Of a stretch of 64,000 bases of DNA, positions 49,186-60,845 are shown in pieces. Origin of the DNA: Sulfuricella sp. GTDB taxonomy: Bacteria; Pseudomonadota; Gammaproteobacteria; Burkholderiales; Sulfuricellaceae. Location of the stretch: NCBI GenBank assembly GCA_023266195.1, contig JAHFRP010000002.1, positions 154,779 to 218,778 on the forward strand. Direction: 5' to 3'. Position 1 is the first letter of the stretch, and each line of letters starts with the position of its first letter. Made by a program: the position numbers and the translations under genes. Below the pieces are notes generated by a model. The model saw nothing but the letters and a program-made list of their open reading frames with translations, had not been told where the DNA came from and did not search any database.

Positions 49186-52014
49186 ATGGGCGTGATGAAG
49201 GAAATGCAGGACAACTCGTATCTCTATGGCGGCAACGCGCCGTTCATCGAGGAACTGTACGAGCTTTACCTGGGCAACCCAGCACAGGTCGATGAGGAAT
49301 GGCGGGAATATTTCAACCGGCTGCAGCAGACTCCCGGCACGGCCGCCAAGGACGTGCCCCATTATCCGGTGCTGCAATCCTTCGCCGAGCGCGCCAAGCT
49401 GCCGGCCGTCCCGGCGCAGGCGCCCGACATCGAAGCGCTGGTCAGGAAGCAGATCGCGGTGTTGCAGCTGATCAACGCCTACCGTTTCCGCGGCCTGCAG
49501 CGCGCCACGGTCGATCCGCTCAAGCGCCAGCAGCTGCCCGACGTGCCGGAACTGCAACCCGAATTTTACGGGCTGACCGACGCCGACCGCTCCAAGGTGT
49601 TCAAATCCGGTTCGCTGGTCGCGCCCGAGCCGTCCACGCTGCACGATATCCTGCGCATCGTCAGGGAAACCTACTGCGGCAATATCGGCAGCGAATACAT
49701 GCACATCACCGATACCGCGCAGAAACGCTGGATCCAGGACCGGCTGGAAACCAACCGCGCCCATCCCCAATTCTCGCCCGACGCCAAGCGGCGCATCCTG
49801 GAGCAGCTCTCCGCCGCGGAAACCCTGGAAAAATACCTGCATACCCGCTATGTCGGCCAAAAGCGTTTTTCGCTGGAAGGCGGCGACAGCCTGATTCCGC
49901 TGCTCGACCACCTGATCCAGCGCGCCGGCGGCGAGGGCGTGAAGGAAATGGTGATCGGCATGGCGCACCGCGGCCGCCTCAACGTGCTGGTCAACACCAT
50001 CGGCAAGCTGCCGAGCGACCTGTTCCTGGAGTTTGAAGGCAAGCATGCCGCCAGCAGCAAGCTCGCTTCCGGCGACGTGAAGTACCACCAGGGTTTCTCC
50101 ACCGACGTGGCCACGCCCGGCGGGCCGGTTCACTTGACGCTGGCGTTCAACCCTTCGCACCTGGAGATCGTCAACCCGGTGGTGGAAGGTTCGGTGCGCG
50201 CGCGCCAGCAGCGCCGCCGCGACATCGAGGGCAACGAGGTGGTGCCGGTGCTGATTCACGGCGACGCGGCCTTCGCCGGGCAGGGCGTGGTGATGGAAAC
50301 GCTCAACCTGTCCCAGACGCGCGGCTACGGCACCGGCGGCACGGTGCATATCGTCATCAACAACCAGATCGGCTTCACCACGTCCGATCCGCGCGACACG
50401 CGCTCCACCCTGTATTGCACCGACGTGGCGAAGATGGTCAACGCGCCGATCTTCCACGTCAACGGCGACGATCCCGAGGCCGTGCTGCTGGTGACGGAAA
50501 TCGCCCTCGACTACCGCATGGCGTTCCACAAGGATGTCGTGATCGACCTGGTCTGCTTCCGCAAGCTGGGGCACAACGAGCAGGACGAGCCGCTGGTGAC
50601 CCAGCCGCTGATGTACAAGACCATCGCCCAGCACCCCGGCACGCGCAAGCTCTATGCCGACAAACTGGTGGCCGAGCGGGTGCTGGCGCCGCACGACGTG
50701 GAAGAGATCGTTGCCGCCTACCGGCGCGACCTGGATGCCGGAGTTTCCGTTACCAAGACGGTGCTGACCAATTTCCGGAAATCCTTCGCCACCGACTGGT
50801 CGCCGTTCAAGGGCAAATGGAACGACCCCGCCGACACCGCGGTGCCGAGGGCCGACCTGCAACGCCTGTCCGGCGTGCTGACCACGATTCCCGCCAACTT
50901 CAAGCTGCATCCGCGGGTGGAAAAAATCATCGCCGACCGCCGCCAGATGGGGGAGGGGATGCTGCCGCTCGATTGGGGCATGGCCGAAAACCTGGCCTAC
51001 GCCACCCTGCTGGAAAATGGATTCGCCGTGCGCATTTCCGGCCAGGACAGCGGGCGCGGCACCTTCTTCCATCGCCATGCCGTGCTGCACGACCAGAACC
51101 GGGAGAAATGGGACGCCGGCGTGTACATTCCGCTACAGAATATTTCCGGGAAGCAGCCGCGCTTCCTGGTGATCGACTCGGTACTGTCGGAAGAGGCAGT
51201 GCTGGGTTTCGAATATGGCTACGCTTCCGCCGAACCGAACGAGCTGGTGATCTGGGAAGCGCAGTTCGGCGATTTCGCCAACGGCGCCCAGGTCGTGATC
51301 GACCAGTTCATCAGCGCCGGCGAAGCCAAGTGGGGCCGCTTGTGCGGCTTGACGATGCTGTTGCCGCACGGCTACGAAGGGCAGGGGCCGGAGCACTCCT
51401 CCGCCCGTCCCGAGCGCTATCTGCAACTGTGCGCCGAGGACAACATGCAGGTTTGCGTCCCTTCCACACCGGCGCAGATATTCCATTTGCTGCGCCGCCA
51501 GATGATACGTCCCTACCGCAAGCCGCTGGTCGTGATGAGCCCCAAAAGCCTGCTGCGCCACAAAGAGGCGGTTTCCTCGCTGGAAGAGCTGGCGCGGGGC
51601 AAATTCAGGCCGGTGATCGGCGAGGTGGACGCCACCGACCCGGACCAGGTCACCAGCGTGGTAGCGTGCAGCGGCAAGGTCTATTACGACCTGCTGCATG
51701 CCCGGCGCGAACAAAAGCTGAATCACATCGCCATCGTCCGCATCGAGCAGCTGTATCCGTTTCCGGCCGAGGAATTCGGTGCCGAACTGAAGCGCTACAA
51801 GAAAGCCCGCGACCTGGTGTGGGCGCAGGAAGAACCGATGAACCAGGGCGCCTGGTACCAGACCCAGCACCATCTGCGCGAATGCCTGACCGGCAAGCAG
51901 CAGTTGCGCTACGCCGGGCGGCCCGCTTCCGCTTCGCCGGCGGCGGGTTATGCGGCCAAGCACCAGGAGCAGCAGAAAGCGCTGGTCGAAGTTGCGTTGA
52001 GCGCAAAGAAATAA
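49186..52014 (+). CDS. sucA: 2-oxoglutarate dehydrogenase E1
   Basis: [29 protein letters not shown] motif, EAQFGDF, EHSSAR. Confidence 0.97.
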   Translation: MGVMKEMQDNSYLYGGNAPFIEELYELYLGNPAQVDEEWREYFNRLQQTPGTAAKDVPHYPVLQSFAERAKLPAVPAQAPDIEALVRKQIAVLQLINAYRFRGLQRATVDPLKRQQLPDVPELQPEFYGLTDADRSKVFKSGSLVAPEPSTLHDILRIVRETYCGNIGSEYMHITDTAQKRWIQDRLETNRAHPQFSPDAKRRILEQLSAAETLEKYLHTRYVGQKRFSLEGGDSLIPLLDHLIQRAGGEGVKEMVIGMAHRGRLNVLVNTIGKLPSDLFLEFEGKHAASSKLASGDVKYHQGFSTDVATPGGPVHLTLAFNPSHLEIVNPVVEGSVRARQQRRRDIEGNEVVPVLIHGDAAFAGQGVVMETLNLSQTRGYGTGGTVHIVINNQIGFTTSDPRDTRSTLYCTDVAKMVNAPIFHVNGDDPEAVLLVTEIALDYRMAFHKDVVIDLVCFRKLGHNEQDEPLVTQPLMYKTIAQHPGTRKLYADKLVAERVLAPHDVEEIVAAYRRDLDAGVSVTKTVLTNFRKSFATDWSPFKGKWNDPADTAVPRADLQRLSGVLTTIPANFKLHPRVEKIIADRRQMGEGMLPLDWGMAENLAYATLLENGFAVRISGQDSGRGTFFHRHAVLHDQNREKWDAGVYIPLQNISGKQPRFLVIDSVLSEEAVLGFEYGYASAEPNELVIWEAQFGDFANGAQVVIDQFISAGEAKWGRLCGLTMLLPHGYEGQGPEHSSARPERYLQLCAEDNMQVCVPSTPAQIFHLLRRQMIRPYRKPLVVMSPKSLLRHKEAVSSLEELARGKFRPVIGEVDATDPDQVTSVVACSGKVYYDLLHARREQKLNHIAIVRIEQLYPFPAEEFGAELKRYKKARDLVWAQEEPMNQGAWYQTQHHLRECLTGKQQLRYAGRPASASPAAGYAAKHQEQQKALVEVALSAKK

Positions 52015-52048
52015 CAATCAACTCATAACATTATCGGAGATTCCTAAG

Positions 52049-53281
52049 ATGCTAGTCGAAGTCAAAGTTCCGGTGTTATCCGAATCCATTTCGGAAGCCA
52101 CGCTACTGAGCTGGCACAAGAAGGTGGGCGAGGCGGTGGCGCGCGACGAAAACCTGGTCGATATCGAAACCGACAAGGTGGTGCTGGAATTGCCGGCCTC
52201 CCAGGCTGGCGTACTGGCGAAGATCATTCGGGAGGATGGCGCCGCGGTGACGAGCGACGAGGTGATCGCCGTGATCGATACCGAAGCCGCCGTCAGCCTG
52301 GAGCCGGCGGCGGAGCGCGGCGAGGGACGAGGCACGCCCACCGCGAGCGGTGCGGTTCACGTCTCGCCCCCTCCGGCATCGCAGCCCTTGTTAAGCCCGG
52401 CGGTGCGCAAGCTGGTGACCGAACATCACCTCGACCCCCGTGCCATCGCCGGCAGCGGGCCGGCCGGCCGCATCACCAAGGAAGATGTGCTGCTCCACCT
52501 GGAAAAACCGGCTGCGCCAGCCGCGCCGCCCATCGCGCCGCCCGCGCCCCGCCCGGCGCCGGTGGAAATTCCATCCGGCGCCCGTCCCGAACAGCGCGTG
52601 CCGATGACCCGGCTGCGCGCCCGCGTGGCCGAGCGGCTGGTGGAGGCGCAGCAGACGGCGGCGATCCTCACCACCTTCAACGAGGTCAACATGCAGCCGG
52701 TGATGGAGCTGCGCAACCGCTACAAGGACAAGTTCGAGAAGGAGCATGGCGTCAAGCTCGGCTTCATGTCCTTTTTCGTCAAGGCGGCCATCGCGGCGCT
52801 GAAGAAATACCCGATCGTCAACGCTTCCGTGGACGGCGGCGACATCGTCTATCACGGCTATTTCGACATCGGCATCGCCGTGGGCAGCCCGCGCGGCCTG
52901 GTGGTGCCGATCCTGCGCGATGCCGACCGGCTTTCCATCGCCGAGATCGAGAAGAAAATCGCCGATTTCGGCGCCCGCGCCAAGGACGGCAAGCTGACCA
53001 TCAACGAGCTCACCGGCGGCACCTTTTCCATTTCCAACGGCGGCGTGTTCGGTTCGATGATGTCCACGCCGATCCTGAACCCGCCGCAGTCCGCCATACT
53101 CGGCATGCACAAGACCACCGAGCGCCCGGTGGCGGAAAATGGCCAGGTCGTCATTCGGCCGATGATGTACCTGGCGCTGTCCTACGACCACCGCATCATC
53201 GACGGCCGCGAAGCGGTACTGTCCCTGGTGGCGATGAAGGAAGCACTGGAAGATCCGGCCCGCATGTTGTTGCAAGTTTAA
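52049..53281 (+). CDS. sucB: Dihydrolipoamide succinyltransferase E2
   Basis: Lipoyl IETDKV, E3-binding domain, DHRIIDG. Confidence 0.97.
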   Translation: MLVEVKVPVLSESISEATLLSWHKKVGEAVARDENLVDIETDKVVLELPASQAGVLAKIIREDGAAVTSDEVIAVIDTEAAVSLEPAAERGEGRGTPTASGAVHVSPPPASQPLLSPAVRKLVTEHHLDPRAIAGSGPAGRITKEDVLLHLEKPAAPAAPPIAPPAPRPAPVEIPSGARPEQRVPMTRLRARVAERLVEAQQTAAILTTFNEVNMQPVMELRNRYKDKFEKEHGVKLGFMSFFVKAAIAALKKYPIVNASVDGGDIVYHGYFDIGIAVGSPRGLVVPILRDADRLSIAEIEKKIADFGARAKDGKLTINELTGGTFSISNGGVFGSMMSTPILNPPQSAILGMHKTTERPVAENGQVVIRPMMYLALSYDHRIIDGREAVLSLVAMKEALEDPARMLLQV

Positions 53282-53294
53282 TTTCGGGAGTTCA

Positions 53295-54725
53295 ATGATG
53301 TCCGTAACTTACGATGTGGCGGTAATCGGCGCCGGCCCCGCCGGCTATGTCGCGGCGATTCGCTGCGCCCAGCTCGGCCTCAACACGGTGTGCATCGACG
53401 ACTGGAAAAACGGGGAAGGCAAGCCCCGCCTGGGCGGAACTTGCCTTAACGTCGGCTGTATTCCGTCCAAGGTGCTGCTCGAATCGTCGGAAAACTACGA
53501 GCGCATCCAGCACAATTTTCCCGCCCATGGCATCACGGTGGAAGGGGTAAAACTGGACATCGCCACCATGCTGGCGCGCAAGGAAAAAATCGTCGACACC
53601 CTGACCGACGGAATTTCCGTGCTGTTCAGGAAGAACAAGGTCGCCTCGGTGCACGGCCGCGCCCGGTTTGCCGGTGGCGGCGCGCTGTGGAAACTGGAAG
53701 TGACCCAGCCGGACGGGGACATGCAGCGGATCGAAGCCAAGCATGTCATCGTCGCCACCGGCTCGACTCCGCGCCAATTGCCGCAAGTCCCGGTGGACAA
53801 CGGCCGGGTGGTGGACAACGTCGGCGCGCTCGCCTTCAAGGAAGTACCCAAGCGGCTTGGCGTGATCGGCGCCGGCGTGATCGGCATGGAGCTGGGCAGC
53901 GTGTGGCGGCGGCTGGGCGCGGACGTGACACTGTTCCAGGCGCACGAAATCTTCCTGCCCAGCGTGGACGAGCAGGTTGCCGCCGAAGCCCTGCGTATCT
54001 TCTCCCGCCAGGGCTTGACGTTCCGGCGCGGCGCCAAGTTCTCCTCGATCAAGGTCGGCAAGAAAGAAGTGGCGATCGAGCTCGAAGACAAGGACGGCAC
54101 CGCCAAGCTGCAATTCGACAAGCTGATCATCGCAATCGGCCGCGTCCCCAATACGGCGGGCCTGGATGGCGACAAAGTCGGGCTGAAACTGGATGAAAAC
54201 GGCTATATCGACGTGGATGAACACTGCCGCACCAGCCTGCCCAACGTCTACGCCATCGGCGACGTGGTGCGCGGCCCGATGCTGGCGCACAAGGGCTCCG
54301 AGGAGGGCGTGGCGGTGGCGGAGCTGATCGCCGGCCAGGCGGGACACGTCAATTACGACACCATCCCGTGGGTGATCTATACCTCGCCGGAGATCGCCTG
54401 GGTCGGTCAGACCGAGCAGGCGCTGAAAGTCGCCGGCGTGGAATACCGCAAGGGCACCTTCCCGTTCAGCGCCAACGGCCGCGCCCATGCCCTGCAGGAA
54501 ACGGCCGGAATGGTAAAAGTGCTGGCCCACGCCAAGACCGACCGCATCCTCGGCGTCCACATCATCGGGCCGTTCGCTTCCGAACTGATCCAGGAAGCGG
54601 TGGTGGCGATGGAATTCGGCGCCAGCAGCGAGGACATCGCGCGCATTGTGCATGCTCATCCGACGCTGTCGGAGTCGTTCCACGAAGCGGCGCTGGGCGT
54701 GGCGAAGAGGTCGATACATATTTGA
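53295..54725 (+). CDS. lpdA: Dihydrolipoamide dehydrogenase E3
   Basis: [27 protein letters not shown]; start 53295 or 53298. Confidence 0.96.
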   Translation: MMSVTYDVAVIGAGPAGYVAAIRCAQLGLNTVCIDDWKNGEGKPRLGGTCLNVGCIPSKVLLESSENYERIQHNFPAHGITVEGVKLDIATMLARKEKIVDTLTDGISVLFRKNKVASVHGRARFAGGGALWKLEVTQPDGDMQRIEAKHVIVATGSTPRQLPQVPVDNGRVVDNVGALAFKEVPKRLGVIGAGVIGMELGSVWRRLGADVTLFQAHEIFLPSVDEQVAAEALRIFSRQGLTFRRGAKFSSIKVGKKEVAIELEDKDGTAKLQFDKLIIAIGRVPNTAGLDGDKVGLKLDENGYIDVDEHCRTSLPNVYAIGDVVRGPMLAHKGSEEGVAVAELIAGQAGHVNYDTIPWVIYTSPEIAWVGQTEQALKVAGVEYRKGTFPFSANGRAHALQETAGMVKVLAHAKTDRILGVHIIGPFASELIQEAVVAMEFGASSEDIARIVHAHPTLSESFHEAALGVAKRSIHI

Positions 54726-54730
54726 ATTCG

Positions 54731-55870
54731 GTGAGAAATGAAGCGTGCGGCGGGGAGGAAGTCGCTCCGTATGGCATTGCCGATCCCTCTCCGCCCGTCA
54801 GCCTGAAAAATCGGCTTTGCGCGCGCGCGCGGCGGCAAGGTTTCCTGCCGGATGCTGCGCAGCTGGCCGCTGCCGCCCATTTGCAGCGCCTTTGCGACGA
54901 ACTGGGAGCGGGCGAGCAAAAGGGCTGGCTGGCAAGGCTGCTCGCCGGCGGTAGGACAGCGCGCGGCGTTTACCTGTGGGGCGGGGTGGGGCGGGGGAAA
55001 AGCTTCCTGATGGACGCATTTTTCTCCGTCGTGCCGATCGAGCATAAAAAGCGGGTGCATTTCCACCGCTTCATGCAGGAAATTCATGCCGAGCTTGACA
55101 CCATCAAGCACCATGCCGATCCGCTGGCGATCGTGGCCGGGCGAATCGCGCAGCAGGCGCACCTGATCTGTTTCGACGAGTTTCATGTCGACGACATTGC
55201 CGACGCCATGCTTCTGGGGCGGTTGCTGCGCGAGCTGCTGGAACGGGGGATAGTGCTGGTCGCCACCTCCAACCATAAGCCGGACGAGCTGTACCTGCAC
55301 GGCCTGCAACGCGCACATTTCCTGCCTGCCATCGCCCTGCTCAAGGAAAAGCTGGATATCGTCCAGGTGGACGGCGGGATCGATTTTCGCCTGCGCGCCC
55401 TGGAGCGCGCCGGAACCTACCACTGCCCGCTGAGCGAAGCCGCCGAAATCGATCTGTCCGCCGCCTTCTCCCGTGTTGCCGGCGGGGAAGGGCGCGCCGA
55501 CGTGTCGCTGGAAATCGAAGGGCGCCGGATTACGGCGAAGCGCACCATCGACGGTGTGGCCTGGTTCGATTTCCAGACGTTGTGCGGCGGGCCACGCGGG
55601 CAGCCGGACTATATCGCCATCGGCCGGCGCTTCCACACCGTGCTCATTTCCGGCATCCCGAAAATCGGCCCGGAACGGGCGTCCGAGGCGCGCCGTTTCA
55701 CCTGGCTGGTGGATGAATTCTACGACCGCCGGGTGAAGCTCATCGTATCGGCCGCGGCGCCGCCGGCTGAACTCCATGGCGGCCCGGATGCCGGCGAATT
55801 CGCCAGGACATCGAGCCGTCTGGTAGAAATGCAGAGCAAGCAGTATCTGGCACAGCCGCATTTGCCGTAA
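54731..55870 (+). CDS. zapE: Cell division ATPase ZapE (AFG1 family)
   Basis: GGVGRGKSFLMD, CFDEFHV, RRFTWLVDEFYD, SRLVEMQ; start uncertain (GTG 54731). Confidence 0.92.
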   Translation: MRNEACGGEEVAPYGIADPSPPVSLKNRLCARARRQGFLPDAAQLAAAAHLQRLCDELGAGEQKGWLARLLAGGRTARGVYLWGGVGRGKSFLMDAFFSVVPIEHKKRVHFHRFMQEIHAELDTIKHHADPLAIVAGRIAQQAHLICFDEFHVDDIADAMLLGRLLRELLERGIVLVATSNHKPDELYLHGLQRAHFLPAIALLKEKLDIVQVDGGIDFRLRALERAGTYHCPLSEAAEIDLSAAFSRVAGGEGRADVSLEIEGRRITAKRTIDGVAWFDFQTLCGGPRGQPDYIAIGRRFHTVLISGIPKIGPERASEARRFTWLVDEFYDRRVKLIVSAAAPPAELHGGPDAGEFARTSSRLVEMQSKQYLAQPHLP

Positions 55871-55987
55871 GTGCTGGAGCAGGCGCGCCATTGCCGACTG
55901 AAGAAAGGGGAGAATGGAGAATTATTCAAAGTTTCGTTCGCTGGGGTATGATTTGCATTCTTTCCTGCGTACCCCTATGAACAAGAC

Positions 55988-57898
55988 ATGGAAACCGTAA
56001 ATCAAGACAGATTCAAGGAGCTGAAGGCGACCGGGCAGCTCCCTTCGCCGAAAGGCGTGGCGCTCACCATCCTCAATTTGATCCAGCGCGACGATGTGAC
56101 CGTGCAGGAAATCACGCGCGTCATCCAGACCGACCCGGCCTTGTCCGGAAGGCTGATCAAGTTTTCCAATTCCGCTTATTATAGTGCGCGCCGTCCCGTC
56201 GCCTCGATCGCCGAGGCAGTAATGCTGATCGGGCTGCCCATGGTGCGCCAGCTGGTGCTGGGGTTTTCCGTTCTGTCCGATTTCCGCGACGGCAAATGCA
56301 GCGCTTTCGATTACCAGAAATTCTGGTCGCGTTCATTGGCTACCGCCATCGCGTTCCAGGCGCTAAGCGCACGGATCAGGGCATCGTCCGAAGAAACTTT
56401 CACCTGCGGCTTGTTGAGCCCAATCGGCAGTCTGGCGCTGGCCACCCTTTATCCCGAAAAATATGCGGAAATCCTGAAGCTGGCTGCGGGGAAGCCTCTG
56501 GACGAACTCATCGGCCTGGAGCATGAACGGTTCGCCATCGATCACAACGAATTGTCGGCAGCGTTGCTCAGGGATTGGGGATTCCCGGCGATTTTCACGG
56601 AGATGGTGTCTTGCCACGAAAATCCCGACCGGGGAAATTTTCAAGAGGGAACCCGCGCCTATAACCTGGTCCATGCCTTGCACCTGGCCTCCTGTTTGGC
56701 CGGCATCTGCATGGCGGACGAAAGTTCGCGCCGACTGTTGCTGCCCCGATTGTACGTGCTGGGCGCGCGCCTGGGCATCGATTCCGAAGCGCTGATGGCG
56801 CTGAACGACCGTATCGTCGGAGAATGGCAGGAGTGGGGCCGGATCCTCGATGTGCCAACCCAGGAGCTGCCGCCCTTCGCCGAAATGACTTCTTCGCTGC
56901 CCCTGGCGCCGGAAATGGCACCGGAACAAGCGGCCGGCGTCGAGTTTTCCATGCGTGTCCTGGTTGCGGACAATGACAGTGCAGTGACGCGGAGCTTGCG
57001 CAATACGCTGACCGGATTGGGGCACACCGTGGCCGCCGCGGCGAACAGCAAGGACGCATTGCGCCAGGTTGTCGATTTCAATCCACAAGTCATCATCAGC
57101 GACTTGGTCGGGCAAGATGCCGACAGCATCGCGTTCTGCAAAGCTCTGCGCGCAAGCAGGGAAGGGCGGGGAATTTATTTCCTGATGCTGACGGCCGTGG
57201 AAGAGGAAACCCGCCTGGTCGAGGCATTCGAGGCCGGCGTGGACGATTATATCGCCAAGCCGTTCAACCCCAAGGTACTCAAGGCACGCCTGAGGGCGGG
57301 GCAGAGAGTCGTCCAGCTGCAAGAAGAGCTTACCCGTGAACAGGAGGAAGTGCGTCAGGTCGCCTCGGAACTGGCCGTCACCAACCGGCGCCTCCAGCGC
57401 ATGGCCATGACGGACGTGCTCACCCTGTTGCCCAACCGGCGCTACGGCATGGAGCGCCTGGCCCAGGAATGGGCCGCGTCGAAACGGAACAACCGGCCGC
57501 TATCCTGCATGGTGATCGACTTCGACGGCTTCAAGCAAATCAACGACAAACATGGTCACGACGTGGGCGATTCGGCCCTGCAGCAAGCCGCCCTGATCCT
57601 GCGGGAATTTTCACGCACGCAGGATCTGATCGCCCGCATCGGCGGCGAGGAATTTCTCGCCATTTGCCCGGATACGGGCATGAAAGCGGCGCTGGTCTAC
57701 GCCGAGCGCATCCGTAAAACATTCGACGAAATTTCGTTCAAGGTCGGCGACGGAAAAGGCCGGATGACGGTCAGCATCGGCGTGGCCGAACGCACTCCCG
57801 CCATGGAGCATTTTTCCACCCTGCTCAAGGCGGCCGATCTGGCGCTGTATCAGGCCAAACTCGGCGGACGCAACCAGGTGGTGGCGGACGGAAGTTAA
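55988..57898 (+). CDS. HDOD-REC-GGDEF diguanylate cyclase
   Basis: HDOD (LPSP, DPALSGRLIK, FWSRSL, HNELS), receiver, RTQD I-site and RIGGEEF. Confidence 0.92.
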   Translation: METVNQDRFKELKATGQLPSPKGVALTILNLIQRDDVTVQEITRVIQTDPALSGRLIKFSNSAYYSARRPVASIAEAVMLIGLPMVRQLVLGFSVLSDFRDGKCSAFDYQKFWSRSLATAIAFQALSARIRASSEETFTCGLLSPIGSLALATLYPEKYAEILKLAAGKPLDELIGLEHERFAIDHNELSAALLRDWGFPAIFTEMVSCHENPDRGNFQEGTRAYNLVHALHLASCLAGICMADESSRRLLLPRLYVLGARLGIDSEALMALNDRIVGEWQEWGRILDVPTQELPPFAEMTSSLPLAPEMAPEQAAGVEFSMRVLVADNDSAVTRSLRNTLTGLGHTVAAAANSKDALRQVVDFNPQVIISDLVGQDADSIAFCKALRASREGRGIYFLMLTAVEEETRLVEAFEAGVDDYIAKPFNPKVLKARLRAGQRVVQLQEELTREQEEVRQVASELAVTNRRLQRMAMTDVLTLLPNRRYGMERLAQEWAASKRNNRPLSCMVIDFDGFKQINDKHGHDVGDSALQQAALILREFSRTQDLIARIGGEEFLAICPDTGMKAALVYAERIRKTFDEISFKVGDGKGRMTVSIGVAERTPAMEHFSTLLKAADLALYQAKLGGRNQVVADGS

Positions 57899-58836
57899 CC
57901 ACCGATCAGCCAGCAGCGATGGATTTTCCTGTTGCGGAAATCCTCCGGCACGGTCTGGCCCGAGATTTCCTTCACTGAGCGCGTTGCAAGCACCGCCTCG
58001 TCGAGCTGAAAACTGCGCAGGTTGGTGGAAAAGAACAACTCCCCCGACGCGGTCAGCAGTTTAAGACACTGATTGATCAACGGCGCATGGTCGCGCTGCA
58101 CGTCGAGCACGCCGGTCATTTTCTTGGAGTTGGAGAAGGAGGGCGGGTCCATCACGATCAGGTCGTAACGCTCGCCGCGTTTCACGGCATCGGCGAGAAA
58201 GGCGAACACGTCGGCGCGCACCAGTTCGTGCCGTTCCAAATCCATGCCGTTGAGCTCGAAATTGCGCTTGGACCAATCCTGGTAGGTATTGGACAAATCC
58301 ACGGTGGTGGAGCGCACGGCGCCGCCCGCTGCTGCGTAGACGGTGAAGCTGCCGGTATAGGCGAACAGGTTGAGAAAGCGCTTGCCGGTGGCGCGCTCCT
58401 GCACCATGCGCCGGGTGTTGCGGTGGTCGAGGAACAGGCCCGTATCGAGATATTCTTCCAGGTTGACGATGAAGCGATGGCCGCCTTCGCGCACGATAAA
58501 ATCCTCGCCTTGGGCACCGGTTTTTTCGTATTGCGCCAAGCCGCGCTGGCGACGGCGCTGCTTGAACGCAATGGCGGAAAGAGGCAATTCCAGCACCTCG
58601 CTTGCCGCCCGGCGCAGGCTTTCCACCCAGTTCGCGTATTCCGCCTCCTCGGTCTGCCAGCCGGTGTCGAACTCCTGCAGGTGCGCTCTTTGTTCGTATA
58701 GATCCAGCGCCACCGGGAATTCCGGCACGTCGCGGTCGTACAAACGGTAGCAGCCGATGCTCCTGCGCTTGGCCCATTTCGACCAGTGGCGGAAATTCTT
58801 GGTTAACCGGTTGGAAAAAATCGAGATATCAGTCAT
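57895..58836 (-). CDS. Class I SAM methyltransferase, stand-alone RlmK-like
   Basis: [36 protein letters not shown]; start at ATG 58836 (313 aa). Confidence 0.88.
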   Translation of the reverse strand: MTDISIFSNRLTKNFRHWSKWAKRRSIGCYRLYDRDVPEFPVALDLYEQRAHLQEFDTGWQTEEAEYANWVESLRRAASEVLELPLSAIAFKQRRRQRGLAQYEKTGAQGEDFIVREGGHRFIVNLEEYLDTGLFLDHRNTRRMVQERATGKRFLNLFAYTGSFTVYAAAGGAVRSTTVDLSNTYQDWSKRNFELNGMDLERHELVRADVFAFLADAVKRGERYDLIVMDPPSFSNSKKMTGVLDVQRDHAPLINQCLKLLTASGELFFSTNLRSFQLDEAVLATRSVKEISGQTVPEDFRNRKIHRCWLIGG

Positions 58837-59030
58837 TTGGAGAATCGATCTGGCTGGCGTATAATCGCGCGGTATGGATTTGTTGTCGTGCAATCCGGTC
58901 TGCCGCACAAGCCCGCGTAGTATACCCTTCCAAAGGTTACACCTACACCCCGATTTTTTACCATGTAGCAAATCTGCCTGGACCGGTCCAGATAAAAGTT
59001 TGGCGGGCCGATATTCAGGAGAATCGATAC

Positions 59031-60455
59031 ATGTCATTTGAAACGCTCGGCCTTTCGGCGGAAATCCTTCGCGCCGTCGCCGAACAAGGCTACACCGAAC
59101 CCACGCCGATCCAGGCCCAGGCTATCCCGGTCGTCCTGCAAGGGCGCGACCTGATGGGCGGCGCCCAGACCGGCACCGGCAAGACCGCCGGGTTCACCTT
59201 GCCGCTGTTGCAGATTCTGAGCCCCCAGGCCAATACCAGCACTTCGCCGGCCAAGCACCCGGTGCGCGCGCTGATCCTCACCCCGACGCGTGAACTGGCG
59301 ATCCAGGTGGAGGAAAGCGTCAGGACTTACGGCAAATTCCTGCCGCTGAAATCCACCGTGGTCTACGGCGGCGTCAATATCAAGGAGCAGATCGCCGCGC
59401 TGAAAAGCGGGGTGGAAATCCTGGTGGCAACGCCGGGGCGACTGCTCGATCACGTCGAGCAGAAAACCGTCAACCTGTCCCGGGTGGAAATCCTGGTGCT
59501 GGACGAAGCCGATCGCATGCTGGACATGGGCTTTCTTCCGGACATCAAGCGCATTCTCGCGCTATTGCCGGCGAAGCGCCAAAACCTGCTGTTTTCCGCC
59601 ACCTTCGCGGGAGAAATCAAGAAGTTGTCCGACCAGCTGTTGACCGATCCGGTGCTGATCGAAGTCGCGCGCCGCAACGCCGCCAACGAGAACGTCACCC
59701 AGACGATTTATCCGGTGGACCCCGGCCGCAAGCGCGAACTGCTGGCGCACCTGATCAAGTCGGAAAACATGAAACAGGTGCTGGTATTCAGCCGCACCAA
59801 GCATGGCGCCGGCCGCCTTGCCCAGCAACTGGAGCATGACGGCATCTCCGCCACCTCGATTCACGGCGACAAAAGCCAGCAGCAGCGCACCCAGGCGCTG
59901 ACCGAATTCAAGGAGGGCACGGTGCGGGTGCTGGTCGCCACCGATGTCGCGGCGCGCGGCCTGGATATCGACCAGCTGCCGCATGTGGTGAACTTCGAAT
60001 TGCCCAACGTGCCGGAAGACTACGTCCACCGCATCGGCCGCACCGGCCGCGCCGGCAGTAGCGGCGAAGCGATTTCCCTGGTGTGCGCCGAGGAACTGAG
60101 GATGCTGGCGGATATCGAGCACATGCTGAAGCGCGAGCTGCCCAGAAAAACGGTGCCCGGTTTCGAGCCCGGCGCTGCCGCGCAGATCGAAGCGCGCGCC
60201 GGATTCGGCGATAGGCCCCGGCGCGATGCGCGCCCCGCGGAGCGCCCGCGCGAACGCGGCACCCGTGACCGCGGCGGCAAAGCGCCTCGCTCGCAACCGG
60301 TCAATCCGTTGGACTTGCCCTATGTCACCCCGCCTTTGCAGCCGTCCGCTCCCGGCCAGGCTAACGCAGACCGCCCCAATCTGCGCCAAGCTCCGAAAAA
60401 ACCCATCCCGGCATTGCTGATGCGCCCGGTGGCGCCCCAATCGGAAGAAAATTAA
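59031..60455 (+). CDS. rhlE: DEAD-box RNA helicase RhlE-like
   Basis: Q motif [36 protein letters not shown]; start at ATG 59031. Confidence 0.9.
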   Translation: MSFETLGLSAEILRAVAEQGYTEPTPIQAQAIPVVLQGRDLMGGAQTGTGKTAGFTLPLLQILSPQANTSTSPAKHPVRALILTPTRELAIQVEESVRTYGKFLPLKSTVVYGGVNIKEQIAALKSGVEILVATPGRLLDHVEQKTVNLSRVEILVLDEADRMLDMGFLPDIKRILALLPAKRQNLLFSATFAGEIKKLSDQLLTDPVLIEVARRNAANENVTQTIYPVDPGRKRELLAHLIKSENMKQVLVFSRTKHGAGRLAQQLEHDGISATSIHGDKSQQQRTQALTEFKEGTVRVLVATDVAARGLDIDQLPHVVNFELPNVPEDYVHRIGRTGRAGSSGEAISLVCAEELRMLADIEHMLKRELPRKTVPGFEPGAAAQIEARAGFGDRPRRDARPAERPRERGTRDRGGKAPRSQPVNPLDLPYVTPPLQPSAPGQANADRPNLRQAPKKPIPALLMRPVAPQSEEN

Positions 60456-60510
60456 TTTCCGGCGGATATTGATTCGGGAAGGCTTCTAGTTTATCCTTCC
60501 CGGCTCTTCT

Positions 60511-60601
60511 GGAGAGGTGGATGAGTGGTTTAAGTCGCACGCCTGGAAAGCGTGTTCAGGATAATATCCTGACGGGGGTTCGAATCCCCCCTTCTCCGCC
60601 A
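60511..60601 (+). tRNA. tRNA-Ser (GGA)
   Basis: GGAGAGG acceptor stem, anticodon loop CTGGAAA, long variable arm, GTTCGAATC, encoded CCA. Confidence 0.96.
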
Positions 60602-60608
60602 GATTTAT

Positions 60609-60704
60609 GGCGGGCCTCCCCGCATTGCAAGGTAGTGAACCTGGTCAGGTCCGGAAGGAAGCAGCCACAGCTATTTATTGCAAGTGCCGGGGGAAAGGCT
60701 CGCC
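60609..60704 (+). ncRNA. ffs: Signal recognition particle 4.5S RNA
   Basis: TCAGGTCCGGAAGGAAGCAGC helix-8 motif in a long hairpin; upstream of dnaX. Confidence 0.95.
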
Positions 60705-60735
60705 ACCCTTATTTTCTAAAGCTCTTAGAAATTCA

Positions 60736-60811
60736 TGGCCGCAAAAAGGCACAAAAAGCGCAAAAACGGAGCTCCCGCTAATTTTGTGTTTCCGGTGTTT
60801 TTTTGCGGCCA
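60736..60811. repeat. TGGCCGCAAAAAGGCACAAAA hairpin repeat (copy 2)
   Basis: Arms 60736-60756 and 60782-60811; family shared with 862-910. Confidence 0.75.
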
Positions 60812-60845
60812 ATGATTTTTACGCCTTTCTGATACAATTCCCGGC

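Noticed and set aside
54368-54730. 500-aa ZapE with N-terminal extension
   Set aside because: The extension overlaps lpdA in another frame; ZapE homology begins after 54731
60511-60601. tRNA-Ser as an island integration site
   Set aside because: No integrase, no duplicated tRNA 3' end seen, and normal ffs-dnaX synteny follows
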